A stretch of 64,000 bases of DNA from an uncultured virus (IMG/VR IMGVR_UViG_3300033406_000004). Its lineage: Duplodnaviria; Heunggongvirae; Uroviricota; Caudoviricetes. Location: IMG/VR virus record IMGVR_UViG_3300033406_000004. The stretch is one strand, 5' to 3'. Each line of letters starts with the position of its first letter. Position 1 is the stretch's first letter. Position numbers and translations under genes: made by a program. The notes beneath the pieces are model-generated. The model was not told the DNA's origin. It was given only the letters and a program-made list of their open reading frames with translations, and did no database searches. Shown piece after piece: positions 8,653-16,234 of this stretch.

Positions 8653-9386
8653 GTGAAAACAAATTAAATGTAGTGGTACCGAAGGATTATAACGGTATGC
8701 CCATCGAAGTTGTATTGAGAGAGGGCAAAGCCCCGGTCGCTTTAGACCCGAAAGAACCTATATGCGTGGCTATTAGTGGAATAATTGACTCTCCCTTAAA
8801 ATGGTTGGAAAAGCGAATCGGGCTTATCAATCAGAAATCAGCTAATATCAAGGTAAACAGGGATAATATGATTATTACCTTGACAATTGATGAAACCAAT
8901 TATTATCAAGCAAGTGTATCAGGTAGACTTGAGCTTTCAAAAGAGATGAAAGAATTCGGCATCAATACCGATAATACTTGGGAGCCAAACAAGCTTTCGC
9001 TATTCATCAAGATGCACCGGGCATTCTTTACTGACAAATCCCAAAACATGCAGCTTGTGTCCATCCTTAAAAACTTCAAAGCAAAAGTTAATCAGGATAT
9101 TGAAAGAAGCAAAGAAGAAAATGGCAGTAAGGTAGATAACTACTCTCAAGTGGTTGATTCCAATTTGCCGAAATCTTTCAAACTATTCATTCCTTTATTC
9201 AAAGGCTTTGCAAATGAAGAGATAGAGGTCGAGATCTATGCGGATGTTGACGGGCGGGACGTTTCTCTATCTCTTGTTTCTGCAGGTGCCAACGAAGCAA
9301 TCGAAGAGTACAAAGACAGGGTTATTGATGAACAATTGGAGGCAATCAAAGTTATTGCCCCCGATATCGTAATTATCGAGCAGTAA
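8649..9386 (+). CDS. Phage hypothetical protein
   Basis: 245-aa ORF with ATGA overlap. Confidence 0.75.
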   Translation: MSENKLNVVVPKDYNGMPIEVVLREGKAPVALDPKEPICVAISGIIDSPLKWLEKRIGLINQKSANIKVNRDNMIITLTIDETNYYQASVSGRLELSKEMKEFGINTDNTWEPNKLSLFIKMHRAFFTDKSQNMQLVSILKNFKAKVNQDIERSKEENGSKVDNYSQVVDSNLPKSFKLFIPLFKGFANEEIEVEIYADVDGRDVSLSLVSAGANEAIEEYKDRVIDEQLEAIKVIAPDIVIIEQ

Positions 9387-9423
9387 TAATAAAGTCCTAC
9401 GTCAGGTATGGCGTAGGCATAAC

Positions 9424-9613
9424 GGAATAATGGAGTGTACGGTATGAAAGCTCAGTGAACGGAATGCCAAAGTGCGCATATGGCAGGATGTCACCAAGAC
9501 CGAGCTGAAAGTAGTGGTCCAATAGATTAAACTCGTGTGATAAGCAAAAGCGCACGGTCGAACGACGGAAATCAGACGATACTTGTGCAGGTTCGAACCC
9601 TGCTTATTCCACA
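9424..9613 (+). ncRNA. ~190-nt RNA closed by a tRNA-like acceptor stem and T arm (tmRNA-like ends)
   Basis: GGAATAA(9424-9430)/TTATTCC(9604-9610); GCAGG-TTCGAAC-CCTGC T arm; internal GTGCGC/GCGCAC complementarity. Confidence 0.7.
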
Positions 9614-9740
9614 ATGCAATATTGCAGATTAATCTAACAATGCCGCTGTAAAGGACAGCGTGAGGTGTAAGCCCTCTTTAGGATTTATACTTAACCGATA
9701 CATTTAATTTTAGTGGCCTCGCAAGCGTGCGGGGCAAAAC

Positions 9741-9809
9741 GGGCTATTAGTCAAAGGCAGACATCGGGGTGTTTTCCCGAAAACAGCGGTTCGATTCCGC
9801 TATAGTCCA
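9741..9809 (+). tRNA. Atypical tRNA / tRNA-like RNA, loop GTGTTTT (nominal GTT, non-canonical)
   Basis: GGGCTAT/ATAGTCC acceptor, GTC/GAC D stem, TCGGG/CCCGA anticodon stem, AGCGG-TTCGATT-CCGCT T arm. Confidence 0.7.
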
Positions 9810-9828
9810 CATTCTAAATTTATATTTT

Positions 9829-10167
9829 ATGAAACAGATTAGTAACAAACAGGCTCAAAGAAACAGAGCGGTGGCAAAGATCAAATCTGAGTTACCGCTC
9901 TTTTGTGCTATATGCGGCAGACGAGCAACCGGCGACGGAGCTCATTTACTCCCGAAATCAGTTTGGCCGGAACATTATACAGAGCCAAGGAATCTCGTTC
10001 GTCTTTGCCGGGAATGCCACAGGAGATATGACAATGATATCGGATTCAGAAAACAGCAGGTAAAATTAATCAGGCAGGTTCAATCCTTCGATAAACTTGC
10101 CGCAAACAGATATTTTAAATTATATGAAACAGATTATACACGGGAAATGTCCAAGCAAGTCAAATAG
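9829..10167 (+). CDS. HNH endonuclease (NinG/HNH-like)
   Basis: CAICG...AHLLP...NLVRLCRECH; start re-assigned to ATG 9829. Confidence 0.8.
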   Translation: MKQISNKQAQRNRAVAKIKSELPLFCAICGRRATGDGAHLLPKSVWPEHYTEPRNLVRLCRECHRRYDNDIGFRKQQVKLIRQVQSFDKLAANRYFKLYETDYTREMSKQVK

Positions 10168-10477
10168 CTATAAGGTTGTAACACTAAATGGCCATGGAAG
10201 CCTTGCGAAACAGACAACCCTGAAAGATTATGAAAAGTCCTTCTACCTGCAATGCAACCAGTATCGGGGCAAAATGATAAATGGCTTATTTGAACTCCAT
10301 TTAAATGTTTTCTACGAGAATCAACGTCCCGATCTGGATAACTGCATGAAAATTGTTTTGGATTGCCTGCAGAGCTGCAAGGCAATCAAGAACGATCGAA
10401 ATTGCGTGAAAATTATAGCCGAGAAATTTGTCGACAAAACAAATCCACGCATTGAATTTGAGATATTTCCAATTTAA
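10124..10477 (+). CDS. rusA: RusA-family Holliday junction resolvase
   Basis: PSKSN and RPDLDNCMK...LDCL..IKNDR motifs; start ATG 10124. Confidence 0.85.
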   Translation: MKQIIHGKCPSKSNSYKVVTLNGHGSLAKQTTLKDYEKSFYLQCNQYRGKMINGLFELHLNVFYENQRPDLDNCMKIVLDCLQSCKAIKNDRNCVKIIAEKFVDKTNPRIEFEIFPI

Positions 10478-10493
10478 AGATGGAGTGTAAAAT

Positions 10494-11360
10494 ATGGCAA
10501 GACCGCTTAAACAAGGAATAGATTACTTTCCTTTCGATGTCGGTTTCTTTAATGACGTGAAAGTTAGAAAAATATCGCGAGCATGTGGCGCAAGTTCAAC
10601 TTCTATACTTATTTGTCTGCTGTGTAATATCTATAAAGATAATGGGTATTACATCGTGTGGGACGAAGATTTGCCTTTTGTTATTGCCGACACAGTCGGG
10701 GTTTCCGAGGGCTCAGTAAAAGAAGTATTGCTAAAGGCATTGCAAGTCGGATTTTTCGATAAAGATATCTACGAAAAATACAAGATACTTACTTCTCACG
10801 GAATACAGAAACGTTTTAAGTCTGCTGTTTATAAACGTGGAGAAACTGAATTTATGGTAGAATATTTAGTATCTGATATCAAAAACGTGATTTTGGATAT
10901 CCAAAATGGAGTTTCGGACACCGAAAGTACACAAAGTAAAGTGAAAGTAAATAGAAAGAATATTAAACCTAAAGAAAACTCTACTAACGTAGAGCAAAAG
11001 AAAGCCGAACAAGCCAAGAAATTAGCCGCAGCTAAAGCTGCTACTCTCTCACGTAGAAAAGACTTTGGGAAAGATCTTGTTCCATACATGGAAAAATATG
11101 GGAAGGAAATGATCCGTGCTTTTTTCGACTATTGGTCAGAGATGAACAAAAGTGAAACTAAGATGCGATTTGAAAAACAGCCCACTTGGGAAGTCGCAAA
11201 AAGACTGGCCACATGGGCAAATAAAGAGAAATTCAATGGAAGAAACAAAAATGCTAATACTGCCCTCTCAGGTCCGTTCGATACAGCAAACGAAGAAAAG
11301 GGAACTAACACCGATTCAGCAGGAATTAAAGAGCTCATTAACGTCGTCCGAATTGGTTGA
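10494..11360 (+). CDS. DUF4373 replication initiator
   Basis: MARPLKQGIDYFPFDV.FF.D.K N-terminus, LTS.GIQKRF, C-terminal FFDYWSE..RFE.Q.TW..RL.TW. Confidence 0.85.
   Translation: MARPLKQGIDYFPFDVGFFNDVKVRKISRACGASSTSILICLLCNIYKDNGYYIVWDEDLPFVIADTVGVSEGSVKEVLLKALQVGFFDKDIYEKYKILTSHGIQKRFKSAVYKRGETEFMVEYLVSDIKNVILDIQNGVSDTESTQSKVKVNRKNIKPKENSTNVEQKKAEQAKKLAAAKAATLSRRKDFGKDLVPYMEKYGKEMIRAFFDYWSEMNKSETKMRFEKQPTWEVAKRLATWANKEKFNGRNKNANTALSGPFDTANEEKGTNTDSAGIKELINVVRIG
10869..10957 (+). repeat. Three 21-bp-period dyad repeats plus A-rich tract inside the initiator gene (candidate ori)
   Basis: GTATCTGATATCAAAAACGTG / ATTTTGGATATCCAAAATGGA / GTTTCGGACACCGAAAGTACA, then AAAGT repeats. Confidence 0.5.
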
Positions 11361-12051
11361 ACAATGGGGCGGTGCCATTGCACAAATAAAATCCGTTACC
11401 GACATACAGGTCATCGCAGCCAACGGGCAGATACCAACTCTGGCCGACGTGTCGGTCGTTTTTGGGAACGATACGGTGATAAAGATCATATCAGAACACT
11501 TGCACAGTTTGTGCAAGAACGCAGATACAGGACTTACCACATACCAGTTTGCGGATACTTCACTACTTATCGCTACAGAGTACTACTACCTGAATCTGGC
11601 TGAATTATCGTATTTCTTTCGGGGCTGCAAGATCGGCAAGTACGGACAACTCGTATGGGGAAGTTCTCTGAATATTCAGCAAATGATGACGGCAGCAAGG
11701 CGTTTTCTAACAGAGAGAAACGAAGCTATCGACAGAAATGAAAAAAAGTTGATCGAGCAGCGAAAAGAGAAAGGATTCATGAAAATAAGCACCGCAGGAC
11801 AAGCTATTGTGTCTGGTGCTAATTCCGTGATAAAAATCAATCAAAAAGCAAAGAGCGATTTTAATGAATTCTGTGCTCTTTTCCCGGATTTACCAAAGGA
11901 GTATCCACCTCAAACATGGTGGAAGGCATGGAGGGGAGAAGAAGACGCCTTGGATTTGGTTTACGGTGGCAAAAGACGACCGGCATGGAGAAGCCCCGAA
12001 ACAGATATAGGAGAATATCTATGTGAGTATAATATAAGGCAGAAGAAATGA
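11236..12051 (+). CDS. Putative helicase-loader/replication partner (DUF6633-like)
   Basis: YYYLNLAEL.YFF...K.GKYG.L.WG motif; overlaps the initiator 3' end; start ATG 11236. Confidence 0.6.
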   Translation: MEETKMLILPSQVRSIQQTKKRELTPIQQELKSSLTSSELVEQWGGAIAQIKSVTDIQVIAANGQIPTLADVSVVFGNDTVIKIISEHLHSLCKNADTGLTTYQFADTSLLIATEYYYLNLAELSYFFRGCKIGKYGQLVWGSSLNIQQMMTAARRFLTERNEAIDRNEKKLIEQRKEKGFMKISTAGQAIVSGANSVIKINQKAKSDFNEFCALFPDLPKEYPPQTWWKAWRGEEDALDLVYGGKRRPAWRSPETDIGEYLCEYNIRQKK

Positions 12052-12230
12052 AACTAACCATCTATTGGGTAACAAAAGATGCTGAATCTATCCAGCGCAT
12101 AAGAGAGAAATTCAATCTTTCACCCGACACAACTGTCAATGGAGAAACTCCTGCAGAAATACGGGAGGAAGATATTCCGCTACTAAAAGAAACGGAGAAA
12201 AGAGGGTTTCTTCGAATCAGGAATAAATGA
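12048..12230 (+). CDS. Small phage protein
   Basis: ATGA overlap; TVNGET..EI.EED..LL.ETEKRGF. Confidence 0.65.
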   Translation: MKLTIYWVTKDAESIQRIREKFNLSPDTTVNGETPAEIREEDIPLLKETEKRGFLRIRNK

Positions 12231-12239
12231 TAAGGGTAG

Positions 12240-12428
12240 CTACATTATGCTCTTAAATTTTTTCACGATACCCCAAACAAGAATTACCGCTCCCAAGCCT
12301 AGAGCGACCCCTTGAAAGAATTTAATGAGATGCGATGGATATAGGGTTGATAAAAAGTTTAGTATGTTCGATATACATATCAAAGCAGCACCTAAGATCA
12401 TTATTTTATTCGCATTGTTTTTTTCCAT
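12240..12428 (-). CDS. Small two-TM membrane protein (antisense moron)
   Basis: Two hydrophobic segments; opposite orientation to the early operon. Confidence 0.55.
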   Translation of the reverse strand: MEKNNANKIMILGAALICISNILNFLSTLYPSHLIKFFQGVALGLGAVILVWGIVKKFKSIM

Positions 12429-12495
12429 AATTCATGTTTTATAGAGTTAGTCTTGGAAAATAATAAAAAATCACACTTTGATGATTTATGGGCAT

Positions 12496-12563
12496 AAAAA
12501 AAAGGCTACTCGTCACGAGCAACCAATCTTTGTTAACCTTAAATCTAATACTATGAAAAACAC
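12496..12563 (-). ncRNA. Putative ~70-nt sRNA with own promoter and terminator
   Basis: Minus-strand TTTG(12595-12598)-N19-TATCTTTG(12568-12575); body GTGTTTTTCATAGTATTAGATTTAAGGTTAACAAAG; terminator GGTTGCTCG-TGA-CGAGTAGCC-T8. Confidence 0.65.
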
Positions 12564-12971
12564 ACTACAAAGATATCCATATTCGGGCTCCCACCAAATA
12601 TTCAGTGCATTATAGCTCGATTTATAACATGGTTTAATATATCGAAAGAGCTAGTTAACGTATTAACGTAATATGAATGCGTATTAACTTAAATATGTCT
12701 TGTGATATATTAGATTCCTATCTAAATCAAATTCGCTAAACGTATGAAGCAAATTATAAAATTCATCTTCTGCATGATTGCATTCTTTGTGGCCATGCAG
12801 ATAATAAGCTATGTATTATGATAATAAAAGAAGCAAAGTTAATCGCTGATGATGATTCCCATATAATCATCAATGGGCCGATAGAGACGGATGATCTCGA
12901 GAGAACAAGAAAGGAGTTACACGCTACCTATACGTGCAACCGTATATTATTCATTTTTGAAGGAAAAGCAC

Positions 12972-13382
12972 ATGAAAACAAGTGATGTATTTAAAAAGAC
13001 AATCAAGTCTTATCTCGAACAACGGGCAAAGGAAGATGAATTGTTTGCCGTTTCCTATGCCAAAGAAAACAAGAACATTGATGAATGCTGCAACTTCATT
13101 CTGCAGCAGGTACAGAAAAGCGGCTGTAATGGGTTCAGTGATGAAGAAATCTTCGGCATGGCCGTTCATTATTACGATGAGGACGATATTAAAAATGTTA
13201 AGCCTGTAAATTGTAAGGTCATTGTGAATCACTCTGCAGAGCTTACAGAAGAAGATAAGAAAGCAGCTCATGAATTGGCAATGAAAAAGCTAGTTGATGA
13301 ACAGCATGCTTTACTCAAGAAGAAGCCGGCGGCTAAGAAGAAAGAATCAAAGGTCGTTGAACAAATGAGTTTATTTGAATAG
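12972..13382 (+). CDS. PcfK-like protein (family that includes AcrIIA9)
   Basis: FKKTIK.YL.QRA..D.LFA..Y.K.NKNIDECC.FI...GF.D.EIFGMAVHYYDED...QMSLF; start ATG 12972. Confidence 0.85.
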   Translation: MKTSDVFKKTIKSYLEQRAKEDELFAVSYAKENKNIDECCNFILQQVQKSGCNGFSDEEIFGMAVHYYDEDDIKNVKPVNCKVIVNHSAELTEEDKKAAHELAMKKLVDEQHALLKKKPAAKKKESKVVEQMSLFE

Positions 13383-13384
13383 AG

Positions 13385-13900
13385 ATGGAAAAAATAAAAA
13401 CTTATGTTATCACTCTTTCAAAACAATTTATGAAAGGGCATCCGAGAGAAGGAGAAGAAACTGGTTTTAGGGATAAGTTATTATTAGCTCTTGATAATAG
13501 TAATGTTAATCCTTATATAATTAAAAAGGTTCATACGATTCGTGAGAACTTTCCTTTATGGGAGAAACGCATTAAAGAGGTTCAGGATGGTAGAGTTATT
13601 CTTTCTATCCGCCAATGGTCGGGTAAACCTTATCGGAGCAAGCAAGAAGTCGTTTGTGATTTGACGAAGGATTCCGGCATTGGGATACAAAAACTAAGCG
13701 TCATGGAATATATAGATAATGATGACAATTCAGAGCGAGCCATGTATTATATCGATAATAATCCGAAACCTTATTTGACGAGTTCTCAAATCGCCTTAAA
13801 TGATGGTTTAGAGGTGAATGATTGGCGGGCATGGTTCAATAAAGTTGACCTTATTTACAATCCTTGTGTAATTATACATTTTACGTCGTTCAGATATTAA
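13385..13900 (+). CDS. Phage protein with ASCH/PUA-like fold
   Basis: KVHTIR, LSIRQWSGKPYRSKQ, IALNDGL..DW..WF. Confidence 0.55.
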   Translation: MEKIKTYVITLSKQFMKGHPREGEETGFRDKLLLALDNSNVNPYIIKKVHTIRENFPLWEKRIKEVQDGRVILSIRQWSGKPYRSKQEVVCDLTKDSGIGIQKLSVMEYIDNDDNSERAMYYIDNNPKPYLTSSQIALNDGLEVNDWRAWFNKVDLIYNPCVIIHFTSFRY

Positions 13901-13903
13901 GCT

Positions 13904-15184
13904 ATGAAACCGAAAACAAAACTTCAACATCAAGTATTGGATTATAGCCAACACTTATGGAAAATAGACAAAGAGATGCTCGAATGGGTAAAAGTTGGTT
14001 GTTTGGAGCATAAAGGTTATGCTACTAAAACACGTGTTCTCTGCATGGACTGCGGACAACGTTTTTCAACAGAATTAGTTAAACGTAAACGAGCTATTTG
14101 CCCTCATTGCGGCACAAAATTAGAGATAGAGCAATCCAGAAAAAGAACAGATAAACAACACATGTATATTGCCAAGGCTGAAATATACGGAGAATTTCAG
14201 GTAATCAGAAACTTTGAACTGTATGCATATTATGAAGATGAAAGTGCACCAAGCTACTTCATACATGAGGTTTTACAACATTGGATCAAGGATGATAATA
14301 CGCGAGAAGTTGTAGCGCTAGGTCATGTTATGGGAGGTGTTGGTTGGTGTGGAGATATGGAGATAAGAAAGAAAATCATAGGAGGATATTCTAATTGCTC
14401 AAATGATATATATCCTGAAAAATATCATCCAATGTCTGAGTTTAAAGCTGAATATATGCGCTACGGAATAGATCACAAATTACAAGGTTTGTCTTTTCTT
14501 AGAGCAATTAATGTTTTGCGTTATAACAACAAAGCCGAAACTTTACTCAAGGCAAGAAAATATGATTTATTGTCTTATTGTAGCGGAAGTAGCTATAAAA
14601 TAGAAGCGCATTGGCCATCTATAAAAATATGCCTTCGTAATAATTATAGCATCAAGGATTTATCAATATGGTTTGATTATTTAGAGTTGCTTTCCCATTA
14701 TCACAAAGATCTTCGCAACGCACATTACGTATGTCCAAAGAATCTAAAAAAGGCGCATGATTTATATGTTGCGAAGAAGAAAAAAGATGATGAAAAGGCA
14801 GATCGTGAAAGGAATATAAAACGAATGCTTGCACTTAAAAATGCTGCCGAAAATTACATTAAAGAAAAGTCTAAGTTCTTCGATCTGCACATCTCTGATG
14901 GTCAAATTGTGATTGTTGCGCTTAAGAGTGTTGAAGAGTTCAAAGAAGAAGGTACAGCGATGCATCACTGCGTTTATTCCAACGAGTATTTTTTGAAAGA
15001 GAATTCTCTGATCCTTTCTGCACGTGTCGGTGAGAAGCGCATCGAGACAGTAGAGGTCAATCTAAAAACGCTCGATGTGGTCCAGTCCCGTGGTGTTTGC
15101 AATAAAAGTACAGAATATCATGACCGGATAGTCGGACTTGTGAAGAAGAATATTGGTGTTATCCGGCAGAGAATAGCCATTTGA
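13904..15184 (+). CDS. PcfJ-like protein
   Basis: CMDCG/CPHCG zinc ribbon; PKNLKKAHD; EGTAMHHCV; IETVEV..VVQSRGVCN. Confidence 0.88.
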   Translation: MKPKTKLQHQVLDYSQHLWKIDKEMLEWVKVGCLEHKGYATKTRVLCMDCGQRFSTELVKRKRAICPHCGTKLEIEQSRKRTDKQHMYIAKAEIYGEFQVIRNFELYAYYEDESAPSYFIHEVLQHWIKDDNTREVVALGHVMGGVGWCGDMEIRKKIIGGYSNCSNDIYPEKYHPMSEFKAEYMRYGIDHKLQGLSFLRAINVLRYNNKAETLLKARKYDLLSYCSGSSYKIEAHWPSIKICLRNNYSIKDLSIWFDYLELLSHYHKDLRNAHYVCPKNLKKAHDLYVAKKKKDDEKADRERNIKRMLALKNAAENYIKEKSKFFDLHISDGQIVIVALKSVEEFKEEGTAMHHCVYSNEYFLKENSLILSARVGEKRIETVEVNLKTLDVVQSRGVCNKSTEYHDRIVGLVKKNIGVIRQRIAI

Positions 15185-15215
15185 TTCTAGAGAAAAAGGA
15201 TGAAGCAATTGGTAA

Positions 15216-15395
15216 TCAAACTTCAGCCATGCCGGTTAGTATATAATCGCCTTTCAGGTTATGTTGATTCATATAAATTTGGACTTCTAATCGACAGACT
15301 GATGCTAGAGAAAATCCCGATAATTCCGCCTTTACAGCTTTGATAAAAGAATACTCTGTGTCGTTGTGAATAAAAGATATACGATGATATTCCAT
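15216..15395 (-). CDS. Small hypothetical protein (antisense)
   Basis: MEYHRISFIHND...; a TATCTTTG -7 box lies just upstream on the minus strand. Confidence 0.45.
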   Translation of the reverse strand: MEYHRISFIHNDTEYSFIKAVKAELSGFSLASVCRLEVQIYMNQHNLKGDYILTGMAEV

Positions 15396-15478
15396 GAAAA
15401 TATATTTATTACGCAATCAAAGATACGGGTTAAATAAAGAATATAAATAAAAATGAAGAATTTAATTAAAGACCGAAA

Positions 15479-15676
15479 ATGAGAAGGAAAATTATCACAT
15501 TAGAATTAGTTAATACTCCTGATGCACTCATAAGATTGCAGGAGCTTACAATCAAGAATCTCAAGAAACAGAATATGGATGAAGACTTCATCGATTTTCA
15601 GGAAGATATTTTAAAGTGCCTGAAAATGGTTAGGCAAATGAATATTGTAGATATAACAGGATTGGATAAAAACTAA
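15479..15676 (+). CDS. Hypothetical protein
   Basis: 65-aa ORF with A-rich leader. Confidence 0.55.
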   Translation: MRRKIITLELVNTPDALIRLQELTIKNLKKQNMDEDFIDFQEDILKCLKMVRQMNIVDITGLDKN

Positions 15677-15682
15677 ACAGCC

Positions 15683-15820
15683 ATGGATTTTATAGAAGAA
15701 GATATTGTATGCCCTATATGCGGAGAGACTTTTTCTCCCGAATATGGAGAACTGAACGAATATGGAGATATCGTTTGTCCTAGTTGTGCCAGTGATCCTC
15801 CGTTATATGAAGAAAAATGA
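15683..15820 (+). CDS. Small zinc-ribbon protein (45 aa)
   Basis: MDFIEEDIVCPICGE...IVCPSCA read from the sequence. Confidence 0.6.
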   Translation: MDFIEEDIVCPICGETFSPEYGELNEYGDIVCPSCASDPPLYEEK

Positions 15821-15965
15821 AAAGAACATTGGCAGCGTAACCCAGAATTTCATAGAATCATTTTAAAACATACATGATGAACACATCTCAGTATATAGCA
15901 ATGGCAATGGAATCAGTGGCCCTTGTTCTTTTAATAGTAGTCATGATCAAAGAACGTAAAAACTT

Positions 15966-16205
15966 ATGGTAAAAGAAGCGATACTAGAAGAAATGAGAAT
16001 CAGGAATATGAGTATTGGAGGACTGGCGCTTAGATCCGGAATAAATGTCAATACATTAAAAAGCGCCTTGACTAAAAATAGCACCCATAACTTGGGTATA
16101 AAAAATGTAGAGAGAATCTTTAATGCTTTAGACCTGAAAATAGTAAGGAATATGACTTATGAAGATTTGGTGTATAATTCATTAAAACAGCAACCTCTCA
16201 AATAA
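15966..16205 (+). CDS. XRE-family HTH protein
   Basis: MSIGGLALRSGINVNTLKS...NVERIFNALDLKI. Confidence 0.75.
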   Translation: MVKEAILEEMRIRNMSIGGLALRSGINVNTLKSALTKNSTHNLGIKNVERIFNALDLKIVRNMTYEDLVYNSLKQQPLK

Positions 16206-16223
16206 CAACCCGATATACTTTTA
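16188..16223 (+). promoter_or_regulatory. Putative late promoter
   Basis: CAGCAACC-N20-TACTTTTA, 11 nt upstream of ATG 16235. Confidence 0.6.
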
Positions 16224-16234
16224 CAATAAAAACT

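Noticed and set aside
9402..9828. ORF 9402-9614 (-) and the 9769 start of the HNH gene
   Set aside because: Both overlap tRNA-like structures; shadow frames
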